DNA of 64,000 nucleotides from the human T2T-CHM13v2.0 reference genome, Homo sapiens. Both the position numbers and the translations under genes were made by a program. Location of the stretch: NCBI RefSeq assembly GCF_009914755.1, contig NC_060928.1; one strand, written 5' to 3'. This document shows, piece by piece, positions 53,303 to 64,000 of this stretch; the stretch's first letter is position 1; every line of letters starts with the position of its first letter. The notes under the pieces are model-generated. The model ran no database searches. It was not told the origin of the DNA and saw nothing but the letters and a program-made list of their open reading frames with translations.

Positions 53303-56300
53303 AGAGCAATTAAGCTTGGTTGCTTGTTAAAGGTGATTTTAAACACTATTCTAAAATTGGGTTATTTTCATATGAACATTTTGCACAAGCATAGGTAGTT
53401 ATGTGAGCCAAAAATAGTGTGCCTATGTTCACCAGGGTTTTTAACCCACAAACAGCTGGTGTGGCAAGTATGAGAGACCTTGAGAACAAATGACCAGGAG
53501 GAATAGTAGACTTACGGGAAGATAACTGAACACAAACCAAGCTAAGATTCAGTAGCTGACTGGGATCACTAAATGGTGACAGAGAAACTGTGGTCCGAGG
53601 TCATCTTTTCAAAGTTAAGGCTAGCATCGGTAAAATGAAATTGTGAGCTAAATACTGCAAAAATAGAGCATTAAAATACTATAGCTTGATATCTTTATTT
53701 ATATCTGAGGTTCTGATAGCATACCTGATGTTTTACTGTCTAGTTCACAAAAACAAGACTAAGTTGAAATTATATGTTTTCAAGTCTTATTTTGGATTAG
53801 TATTTTCACTTTCTAAAGGGCATGTTTTAAGGGATCCACACTATTATATAAAAAATTGTGTTTGGGATTTGGTAGAACTTTTTTTTGGAAATAGTGAGGA
53901 GAGAGGCATGAAGCAAAGAAAGAAGTTGGTTTTATATACAGATGTTAAGGAAGGTTATAAAAAAAGAAGAGAAGGTGCAGGCCACATTCAGACATTTGAC
54001 TCACATTATAGTGCAGTAAAACTAGTTGATTCAGTTCATTGCCTTCAATCTCCTCAATCAGTACAGCCTTGTCAATTTTTAAACCAGCCAGCAGAGAGCA
54101 AGAATGACTGGATGGCTGTGCTGCGATCCATTTATTGTACTACACAGAGCTATAGCTAGATTCCTACCAAGCCATAACATCACGAAGGAACAGATTGCAC
54201 TTGACCTGTAGATGAATGGCTTTTGATGGGGACTTAGATGGAGATAAAGGAAGTCAGCTGCTATGGCTCTAGCATTAGAAATGGTGGGATATGTAATATA
54301 ATAGTATAGAAATGGTGGGAAAAGGAAACACTCTAACAGCCTTGGAATAAAGAAGAAATGGAGATAAGAGATTTACAAGGTTAAGAAATGAAGAGGAAAT
54401 ATAAAGGAACTTAAAAGGAAATTATTCCTTGGCTTCAGGAAATTAACTACTGATTCTTTCCTTGTAAGTTGGAGCCTTAAATAGTAAGAGATGTCTGTGG
54501 TGTGTAGAGAGGAACGTCTGTCTTATTGTGTGGTAACTCAGGATACTTGGCGTTCAAAGGTATAACATTTCAGTAATCTGGACCTTGGAATCCCCACTGG
54601 TTTTAGTGTTGTAATCTTCAGTCTCTACAAAGTTGACCTCAACTGAGTCACTGATACTTCATTAATGATTTTTCATTATCTTTAGATTATTAGACTTTAA
54701 GTTTGAGTTATAGGATTCCTATTTCAGGCATCTTCTTAAAATTAACTAAGGGCAAATGTGTATAATTCTTAGGTATTGCCTCTAAAGTCAAGGTTCAGGT
54801 GATAATTCAGTTAAAAAGTCAGTTCCTGAGTATAATGATACAGAGAAAATGTTATTTCTGTTGCAGCTGGTATGAGAATCCCATCTGAGGAGGGTTTTGC
54901 TAAGCCCATGAGACACTTACAAAAAATTAGGCTACACCCTGAGAAAGAAGTGGACCACACATCCCAGTGCCTCCCCATGGTGACAAGGGATTGGGGGTGG
55001 GAGCTGGGGGTGCTTCGGGAAGGTGCTAGACAGAGAGAATGAAATGCTGGTGAGAGGGTAGAAAGGGACCCCTCCTGGGGCCAGTCAGATCTACACACGT
55101 GATTCCCAACACATGATAGGCTTAATGTGAGTATATCCTTTGGGAAAACCCTGAAGGGGCTGAGTCTTGAACCCAGCGAGCATGTTTGAATTTAGGGGGA
55201 AAGGCCATCATGAGAAATATGATGTTGGTAATTTTAACTTTTCTTTAGTGCAGTCATTTAAAGCTGACAACAGGTCACCTAGCTGGAGAGCGGCAGATTT
55301 GCCACCCCACACTCACCCCGGCAGAGTGGAAAAGCAACTCTTGAACAATGAAATGAGTGAATGTGGAGATGAGTGAGGCCTTCCCGCCTCCACAACTCAC
55401 CTTCTGTATCTATATGCCCCCCTGATGGCCCCTTATAGCTGGGCCCTCCCTGCCTCCAAAGGGTTAGATGAACTGAGTAACTGATAAATTACCCCCTCAG
55501 CTGTCTTCTCTGTGAGATGAGGAACTAATAGGATCTCTCCCGTGAGTTGTGGTGGTAATTCACATAAAGCCCTTAAACTATTACTGGTCATATGTGATGG
55601 AATATAGAATATATGTTAGTTCTTATCATTAAAAAATGACCTATTCTAATACTCTGTGCAGTAGTAACAGATGAAAGAAACATGACTCTCAATTTTTAAA
55701 TTTTCCTCAGCCTTTGCTTCATGACTGTGCAAAAACACCAACTCTGGGACTTTTAAAAGACTTGGTACCCTAATGTCGAGAGAGGCCCAGAGGTCCTACT
55801 GCTGTGCAGTCCACCCTCTAGCAACAGAAACTCTGGCCGAATGCCAGGGATTAAAATATTCCAAGGAAGACAAAGACTAGAGCCAAAGCAGAAAGAAATC
55901 AAGATAAGAAAAATAATCCCTTGAGTGACACACAGTTATAATTAAATAACACAGAACTAAAGCCAAGCATTTTTTGTTATGCCCTCTATGAGTAATACTT
56001 GTGCTTTGAAACTTTTAAAATATTTAAGGCAAGAAGAAATGAAATGCATGGCAACCAGTTAAGGTCATACATTTAGGACAAAAATAATAAAATATTAAAA
56101 TGAAAGAAATAAATGTTCTAACTGAAATACTGAGATTCTGTGGAGATGAATTATTCAAAGTAGGAAACACATGTGACCTCCAATCTATTATATAACGGGA
56201 GAAATGGTGGTAAAGTTCAAGTGTAGAGCAATGCCAAGAGATGAGAAAATGATGGCAGGTAATGCTTAACAATATTCTAAAATTATGCTTAGATTTAAGG

Positions 56301-56394
56301 AAAGAGACTTCAAAGAAAGAAGAGGCAAGTTTGGCTAGTATAAAATGGAGTCTGGGGGCTTGAAAATGGTATTTTTCAGTCAGAACACCTAAGT

Positions 56395-56770
56395 AGTCAG
56401 GATAGACTAAATTATGCTGTAGTAACAGATAACTCTAAGCCTCAATGGCTTCAAACAGCACAGTTTTACTTCTTGCTCACAATAGATGTCTATTATGAGT
56501 TAGCAAAGATCTCTGTTCATCAGTCACTTAGGAGTAGGATTTCTGATGGTACAGCCACCATCTTGAACTTTGCCAGTCTCTGTTCTAGAGGGAAGTGTGA
56601 GCCCAGGGTTTCAGATCATATAAAATACTAATGTCCAGAAATGACTCATGTTAGTTTTGCTCAAACTCCCTGTCCAGGACTACTTCAAGGGGGCCAAAAA
56701 GTACAATTTTACCCTGCAGGCAGAAGTGGGGAAGGAACAAGAAGAAGAAAAAGATTTGGAGAATAACTCC
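56395..56770 (-). mobile_element. Old MaLR LTR (MLT1K/L-like)
   Basis: tagtcaggatagactaaattatgctgtagtaaca ... tggcttcaaacagca ... ttcttgctcac. Confidence 0.7.
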
Positions 56771-57035
56771 AGCGGTTCCCCTGCAGCTCCACATGGCACT
56801 CCTTGGAAGGAAAACCTGTTTGTATGGCTGGGGGCTTCACGTACTTTGTTCATGAGAAAATCAGCTCCTGACCCCAGCACTTAACATGAGCAGGATTTTT
56901 GTGACTAAGATGTTCATAACTTAGGGTGACTTTGAGGGAAGGATTGTAGCTTTATTTTTAGTATTAATTGCCATGCATGTAACAGAAATCCAGTAGGCTA
57001 TGGGAACAGGCAAGGGCCTTTGCAATTGTCTAGCC

Positions 57036-57400
57036 TCAGGGTCTTGAATCCAAATGCCTACAAGAGCCAAGGCAGGAAATGTGCATGAATGGGGGAGTCC
57101 GGGTGGTGTGCAAGAAGGGGTTGTCATGAGAGGGTGCACTGAGGGTACATGTCCTCCTGAAGGGAGTGACTGCTTCTCAGCACAAGCAAAGGGCCAGTGT
57201 GAGGGATTATGAGATGAATGTGGCCAGATTTTCTGACTTTTTAAGAGAAGTCAGAGAGACACGGTTGTTTTTTGGTTTTTGGTTTCTTTTCTAATTTTAG
57301 ATGTGAAATCTAGTTTTTAAACCTTGGTTTCAAATTATAAAAAATTTAAAACACCATTTTGAACTAATGAAACATGGCTATAGCCTACCAGTTTATGACA
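57036..57400 (+). mobile_element. hAT-Charlie MITE (MER102-like)
   Basis: caaatgcctacaagagccaaggcagg ... ggccagattttctgactttttaagagaagtcaga. Confidence 0.6.
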
Positions 57401-57600
57401 ATTATCCCGTGTTTTTTAATCCTCCTTTCTCACCACTTTTCCCCCACCCTTATTCCTCCAGCAGCAGAAGAACCCTTTATTTGGTCAAAGTCCAACTCAG
57501 AAAGTCAATATCTAGAGTGGATATATGTGGGGAACTGCTCTGATTGAAGCAGAGTGAGGGCCTGGACCCTAAAATTCAGCTGTTTCCCCTCTTCTCCCAG

Positions 57601-57662
57601 AACTCAAGAAGCACAGTTTGAAAACCACAGAATGAGTGGAATGCAAGCCTCTGCTTCTTCAG
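57601..57662 (+). other. Candidate exon (62 nt)
   Basis: ccctaaa branch-like site, ctgtttcccctcttctcccag acceptor, CAG|gtgagg donor. Confidence 0.4.
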
Positions 57663-58314
57663 GTGAGGATTCAGACCAGGATACAGAACCAATCAGAGGC
57701 CTGTCAGTCCAGAAGTCCTTCCAGAACACCAGCAGTCCTGCATTCATCCATGTGCTGACCACAGTGCCCACTAGAGCTCCCCGTGCAGTCAGAGATTCAC
57801 TGAAGCCTCTGTCAGACGTCATCATGAAATGTACCCTGAAAAGACTCTTGCACAGGACACCCTGCTGGCAACACGTGGGGTGAAGGGTGCAGAGGTTGCC
57901 TTCTCCAGGGAATTATATTCTAAGATGTACATTTCCATCTTGGCAAGCTCAGAGACAAACACCCAGGTACTGTGCTCTGAAGCAGTTGAATTAGTAAACT
58001 AAGAGGAATAACATCTTGGGGAGCATTAGTGCTGGTGCTCTTTGTGCAGTGGGACATGGAAAGTGTGAGCGGCAGGACAGATCCTCAGCAGGGTTGAGAA
58101 GGAGCTACCTGGACTTCTGCATGTATGGGAGTTTTAGTAACTTAATAGCTCAGCTTTGCCTTGCGAAAATTCTATGTATCTGCACCCAGATCTTTCAGGT
58201 CTAGAAACAGATAGATATAAAACATACAAAGTATATATGTACACATTATATATATATATGTATTATATATAAAGTATATACACATATATATGTTTTCCTG
58301 TGAGTTTTATTTTA

Positions 58315-60113
58315 TTTTATAATTTCAGCTTTTATTTTAGATTAACGGGTACATGTGCAGGTTTTACCTGGGTATACTGCATGATGCTGAGGTTTGGACT
58401 ACAATTGATGCCGTCACCCAGATACTGAGCATAGTGTCCAATAGTTTTTCAACCCTGGCCCACCTCCCTCCCCATTCTAGTAGTCCCCAGTGTCTATTGT
58501 TGCCATCTTTATGTCCATGAGTATCCAATATTTAGGTCCCACATGTAAGTGAGAACATGCAGTATTTAGTTTTCTGTTCCTGCAATAATTCACTTAGGAT
58601 AATGGCCTCCAGCTACACCCATGTTGCTTCAAAGGACATGATTTTTTTCTTTTTTATGGCTGCATAGTATTTCATTGTGTACATGTGCCACATTTTCTTT
58701 ATCCATTCCACCACTGATGAATATCCAGGCTGATTTCATCTCTGTTGCTATGAATAGTGTCGCAATGAACACATGAGTGCGTGTGTCCTTTTGGTAGAAT
58801 GATTTATTCTCTTTTGGATATATAACCAGTAATGGGACTACTGGGTTGAATGGCAGTTCTGTTGTAAGTTCTTTGAGAAATCTCCAAACTGCTTTCCACA
58901 GTGGGTGAACTAACTTACATTCCCACCAACAGTGCATAAGCAGTCCCCTTCCTCTGCAGTCTCACCAGGATCTGTTGTTTTTTGACTTTTTAATAGTAGC
59001 CATTCTGACTGGTGTGAGATGGTATAACCTTGTGGTTTTGATTTGCATTTCCCTGATGATTAGTGATGTTGAGCATTTTTTAAATATGTTTGTATGTCTT
59101 CTTTTGAGAAGTGTCTGTTTATGTCTTTTGCCCATTTTTTAATGGAGTTACTTGTTTCTTGCTTGTTGAATTAAGTTCCTTGTAGATTCTGGATGTTAGA
59201 CCCCTGTCAGATGCACAGTTTGTGAATATTTTCTCCCATTCTGTATCTGTTTACTCTGTTGATTGTTTTTATTGTTGAGCAGAAGCTCTTTAATTATGTC
59301 CCATTTGACAGTTTTTGTGTTGGTTGCAATTGCTTTTGAGGACTTAGTCATAAATTTCTTCCCTAAGGCCCATGTCCAGAGTGGTGTTTCCTAGGTTTTC
59401 TTCTAAGATTCTTGTAATTTGAGGTCTTACATTTAAATCTTTAATCCATCTTGAGTTCATTTTTGTATATGGTGAAAGGTAAGAGTCCAGTTCCATTCTT
59501 CTTCATATGGTTAGCCAGTTATTCCATCACCATTTATTGAACAGAAAGTCCTTTCCCCATTGCTTATTTTTCTCTACTTTTTCAAAGATCAGATGGTTGT
59601 ATACATGCAGCTTTATCTTTGGGTTCTCTATTCTGTTCCACTGTTCTATTTGTCTGTTTTTGTACTAGTATCATGCTGTTTTGGTTACTGCAGACTTATA
59701 GCATAGTTTGAAGTTTGGGAATGTGATGCCTCCAACTTTGTCCTTTTTGCTTAGGATTGCTTTGGTGATTTTAGCTTTTTGGTTCCATATGAATTTTAAA
59801 ATATTTTTTCTAGTTCTGTGAAAAATGACATTGGTAGATTGATAGGAATAGCATTGAATCTGTAAAGTGCTTTGATAAGTATGACTATTTTAATAATATT
59901 GATTCTTCCAATCCATGAGCATGGAATGTTTTTCCATTTATTTGTGTTATCTGTGATTTCTTTCAGCAGTATTTTGTAGTTCTCCTTGTACAGATCTTTC
60001 ACCTCCTTAGTTGGATATATTCCTAGGTATTTCATTTTTTTGCAGCTATTGTAAATAGGTTTGCATTTTTAATTTGGCTCTTAGCTTGAATGTTAATTGG
60101 TGTTTAGAAAGGC
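58315..60113 (-). mobile_element. 5'-truncated L1 (L1PA15-17-like), about 1.8 kb
   Basis: ORF2 fragments ([20 protein letters not shown]; HCWWECKLV); perfect 14-bp TSD tgagttttatttta at 58301 and 60114. Confidence 0.93.
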
Positions 60114-60217
60114 TGAGTTTTATTTTAAAAATAAAGGATACACATTACTTAGTTTTAAAATTTAAATATAAGTAAGTACACAGAAAAAAAAAACCTTACT
60201 CTTAATTATCTAATCTG

Positions 60218-60768
60218 GAAGGTCAGCAAATTATGGCGTGTGGGCCAAATTCAGCCCACAACCTATCTTTGTCTTTAAGGTTTTATTGGAATGCAATCAC
60301 GCCCATTCACTTATGTGCTACCCATGGCTACTTTCTTGCTGAAATGGCAGATGAAGTAGCTGTGACACAGACTGCATGGCTCACAAAGTCTAAAATACTT
60401 ACTATGGGCTGGGTGCTGTGGCTCATCCCTAAAATCCCAGCACTTAGGGAGGCCGAAATGGGAGGATCTTTTGAGCCCAGGAGTTTGAAACCATCCTGGG
60501 CAACACAGGGAGACCCTGTTTCTAAAGAATATAAAAAATAAAAATAAACTAGCTGGGTGTGGTGGTACATACCTGTGTTCCCAGCCACTCGGGAGGCTGA
60601 GGGAGGAGGATTGCTTGAGCCTGGGAGGTCAAGGCTGAAGTGAGCTGTGATCATGCTACTGTGTTCCAGCTTGGGTGACAGAGCAAGACTTTGTCTCAAA
60701 ACACATAAATAAAATAAAATAAAGCAAAATACTATTAGTCCCTTTATAGAAAAAGTGTGCCTACCTCT
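60218..60768 (+). mobile_element. MER58A split by AluJ (60407-60724)
   Basis: ggtcagcaaattatggc.tgtgggccaaat ... aaagtctaaaatacttactat [Alu] ccctttatagaaaaagt. Confidence 0.85.
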
Positions 60769-60879
60769 CATCCAATCCCACCAACTAAAGATCATCATTA
60801 TTATTTGGCATATTTTCTTCTAATATTTTTCTATGTGTATACATATATTGGAAAAAATGAAATCATATTCTATTTAGTG

Positions 60880-61050
60880 CCCACAATTCTGCAAATAATG
60901 GAAATGTTATACATCTGCACTGTCCAATATAATTATTGAGTATGGAAATGTGCCTTCTGTCACTGAGAAACTAAATATTTAATTTTATTTAATTATAATC
61001 AATTAAAATTTAAATAACCACATGTGACTAGTGAGTGCCGTTATGAACAG
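60880..61050 (+). mobile_element. MER3-like hAT MITE
   Basis: tggaaatgtt ... tctgcactgtccaata ... ccacatgtgactagtg. Confidence 0.72.
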
Positions 61051-61826
61051 AACTTTCTTGAAATATTTGCTTAATATTTCAGGATCATTTCTTTAAATCG
61101 TTAAATTCCTTATGAAACCCTTTTTATAACTGTATAATGTTATAATGTATGGATGAGTCATCATTTACTGAGCCAAGCGCCTATCACTGACACTTCGGTC
61201 CCAGTTTTTCACTATTATAATCCAATTCCATGATGAACATTTCTGTGCATGCAAATATTTGCACATGCCTACGATTATTGAATTAGGATAAATTTCTACA
61301 TGCAGTATCATTTGATCAGAGAACGTAAATATTGTTCAGAGTTTTAAAATATATCATCAAATTGCTAGAGAGATCCTTCCATCCTGCCTACTTGAGAACA
61401 ATACAGGAGAGTGCCTATTCCCCATATTATTCTGCGTATATTTTTAAGAATTGTCTTGAAAAGAGTCTCCTCCCTTATCTGTTCCATCTGGACTGTCAAA
61501 GAGATGATTGAGTAGGATACTTTGTGAAGACTCAACAGTGAATTGAGAAAGATGGGGACTGAGATCAGAATGGAGCATTTTCCACTGAAGTTGTCTACAC
61601 AATCAAGGCTTTGGGCCACTTGAATAATTTGCATGATCACTTCTAAATGTAGTGCTGTGGGCAAAGTCCTTATGCTGTGGCAGGTCTTGACATTGAAATA
61701 TTCTTGCTTGGGGGCAATGAAGACTTAAATGGACATGTGAGTGAAAATGAAATAGAAATGTAAATGGCGGTCGGGGTGGGTGGAGGTGAGGGGGTTGGGG
61801 GTGGGGATGGCAGTAGCTCCTTTTCA

Positions 61827-62590
<764 letters not shown>

Positions 62591-63611
62591 GTGAGGGCCA
62601 CTGATGGGATTAGGATTATCTTTCTCTCACGCTGAAAATCAGGGGGGCTGCCTCCTCCAGGGCGCTAGTCCACACAACCCCCTCATGGAAAGCATCCTCA
62701 CCACCAACAGGCAGGTCCCCTTGGCCTGGCACACAGCCCAGCTATAGCATATGTATTGCTCAAAGAGGATGGCACTTCTTGTAATGTGCTTTACCCAGGC
62801 GTTCTTGAAAGTCAGTGACCTACCATTTAGGATGGCCTGGGCTACATGGCGCCCCCAGGATTTGGGGGTGGAGGTGACTGTCACCTCCCCTGCCTTAATA
62901 ATTACTCTCTTCCCAATAACTGATTAGAATGGGTCAGATCAGACCTGCCCAAGGCTGCCTATGCCTGCAGACATTTTCCCACCTATGCTTATTCCTCATC
63001 TCTAAAATGTACCAGTTTTGACTTTTTTTTTTTTTTTTTTTTTTTGGAATTTAGAAACTCTGATCTCTACCATTCAATGCAGGGGAAGCGCTGTTATATA
63101 TCTGTTGTGTAACATAGAGAGAGAAAAAACACATTAGTCGATTTGTAGGCAACTATATTCCTCTCCTCCTCTTGTGGCTGTTTCTCTACTTCCTTTAAAA
63201 TAAACAAAGGCCAAAAGTGACTTCGGAAAATTCCCAAAGGGAAGAATAAAGCCAACATGAAAGACTGTCAAAGGCAGGCTTGCCGGATTTATAAAAGCAG
63301 GGAACCCCTCCTACCCTGTCTCCATCCACACCCACCCCCTACTCCATACACACACTTCTTTTTTAGCCAATGCCTCAGTTAGCACAATACTAACATTTCA
63401 GGGAAGGCTTGGGTGATTTTTCTTTAGGAAATAATGGTCAACACTATTCAAAAACCAAACAAGCTAAAGCTGTTCCTTGAATTGGTGATATATTTGCAAA
63501 GATGAAATTACACAATCCAGACATGCTAGTTATGAACACAGAAAATCTTCTACTTCTCTGTTCAAGGGTCAGAAAATGAAGAAGTCATTTAGATATTTAC
63601 CAACTTCACAG

Positions 63612-63762
63612 TGGCTGCTGAAAGTGCCAGCCAAGTTTTTGAAACAAAAGAAGAGATGGCCATGCAGCTCACAGGAGAAGCAACTGCAACCCAATTGAAG
63701 TATTTCAACAGCTGGTTTCATCACCAACAGGAGAAAGCTGACTCTTTTGTGGAGTTCAGAAA
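63612..63762 (+). other. Candidate exon (151 nt, one frame open)
   Basis: ttaccaacttcacag acceptor (weak tract), AA|gtgagt donor, 49 uninterrupted codons. Confidence 0.33.
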
Positions 63763-64000
63763 GTGAGTGAAAAGGTTACATTTTCATAAAGATGTGCATA
63801 GGCAGGGCATGCAAAACCAGTCCTTTCTTGCTTTAGAAGAGACAGAAATCTTGAGCGTGGACATACTTTCAAGTTCCAGCACGTAGATCCATGGTCATGA
63901 TCGGGTGGCCCAAAACTGCCTGCCTTAATGAAGATGCTCCCGGGCCTACACATGGAACAATCATGAACCTTCAAGGGATTTCTTTTGTGTCCTTATCCAC

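Noticed and set aside
55415-55430. Second CTCF-like site tgcccccctgatggcc (also 62847 ggcgccccc)
   Set aside because: An extra G or core mismatches break the consensus; too weak to call.
53997-61161. Scattered AP-1 heptamers (53997, 54644, 56642, 61154)
   Set aside because: Isolated 7-mers are expected by chance in 64 kb, and some lie inside repeats.

Overview
Primate (catarrhine, human-like) intergenic or intronic DNA dominated by interspersed repeats. I recognise no protein-coding gene, RNA gene or CRISPR array. Main elements: a full-length but ORF1/ORF2-dead L1PA6-like element (-, about 273-6476) that keeps an open antisense ORF0; two old ERVL-type proviral remnants that both retain paired LTRs (about 10.6-14.1 kb on -, about 21.6-26.4 kb on +); HAL1 split by L2; Tigger1 split by a 5'-inverted (twin-primed) L1MA; Charlie1a; many MaLR/ERVL LTRs, MER MITEs and about 14 Alu/FAM/FRAM copies, three with tails expanded into long purine/pyrimidine microsatellites. 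Largely unique stretches (about 33.3-37.4, 49.8-51.4, 52.2-56.3, 57.4-58.2 and 62.6-64 kb) hold the best leads: a near-consensus CTCF site with an adjacent octamer, a perfect ER6/RORE-like nuclear-receptor element, a CRE palindrome, and two + strand exon-like segments that splice in frame. I cannot support a claim of a new biological system; the leads are hypotheses. Repeat subfamily names come from recalled consensus sequences and need RepeatMasker/Dfam confirmation, and boundaries of old repeats are approximate.
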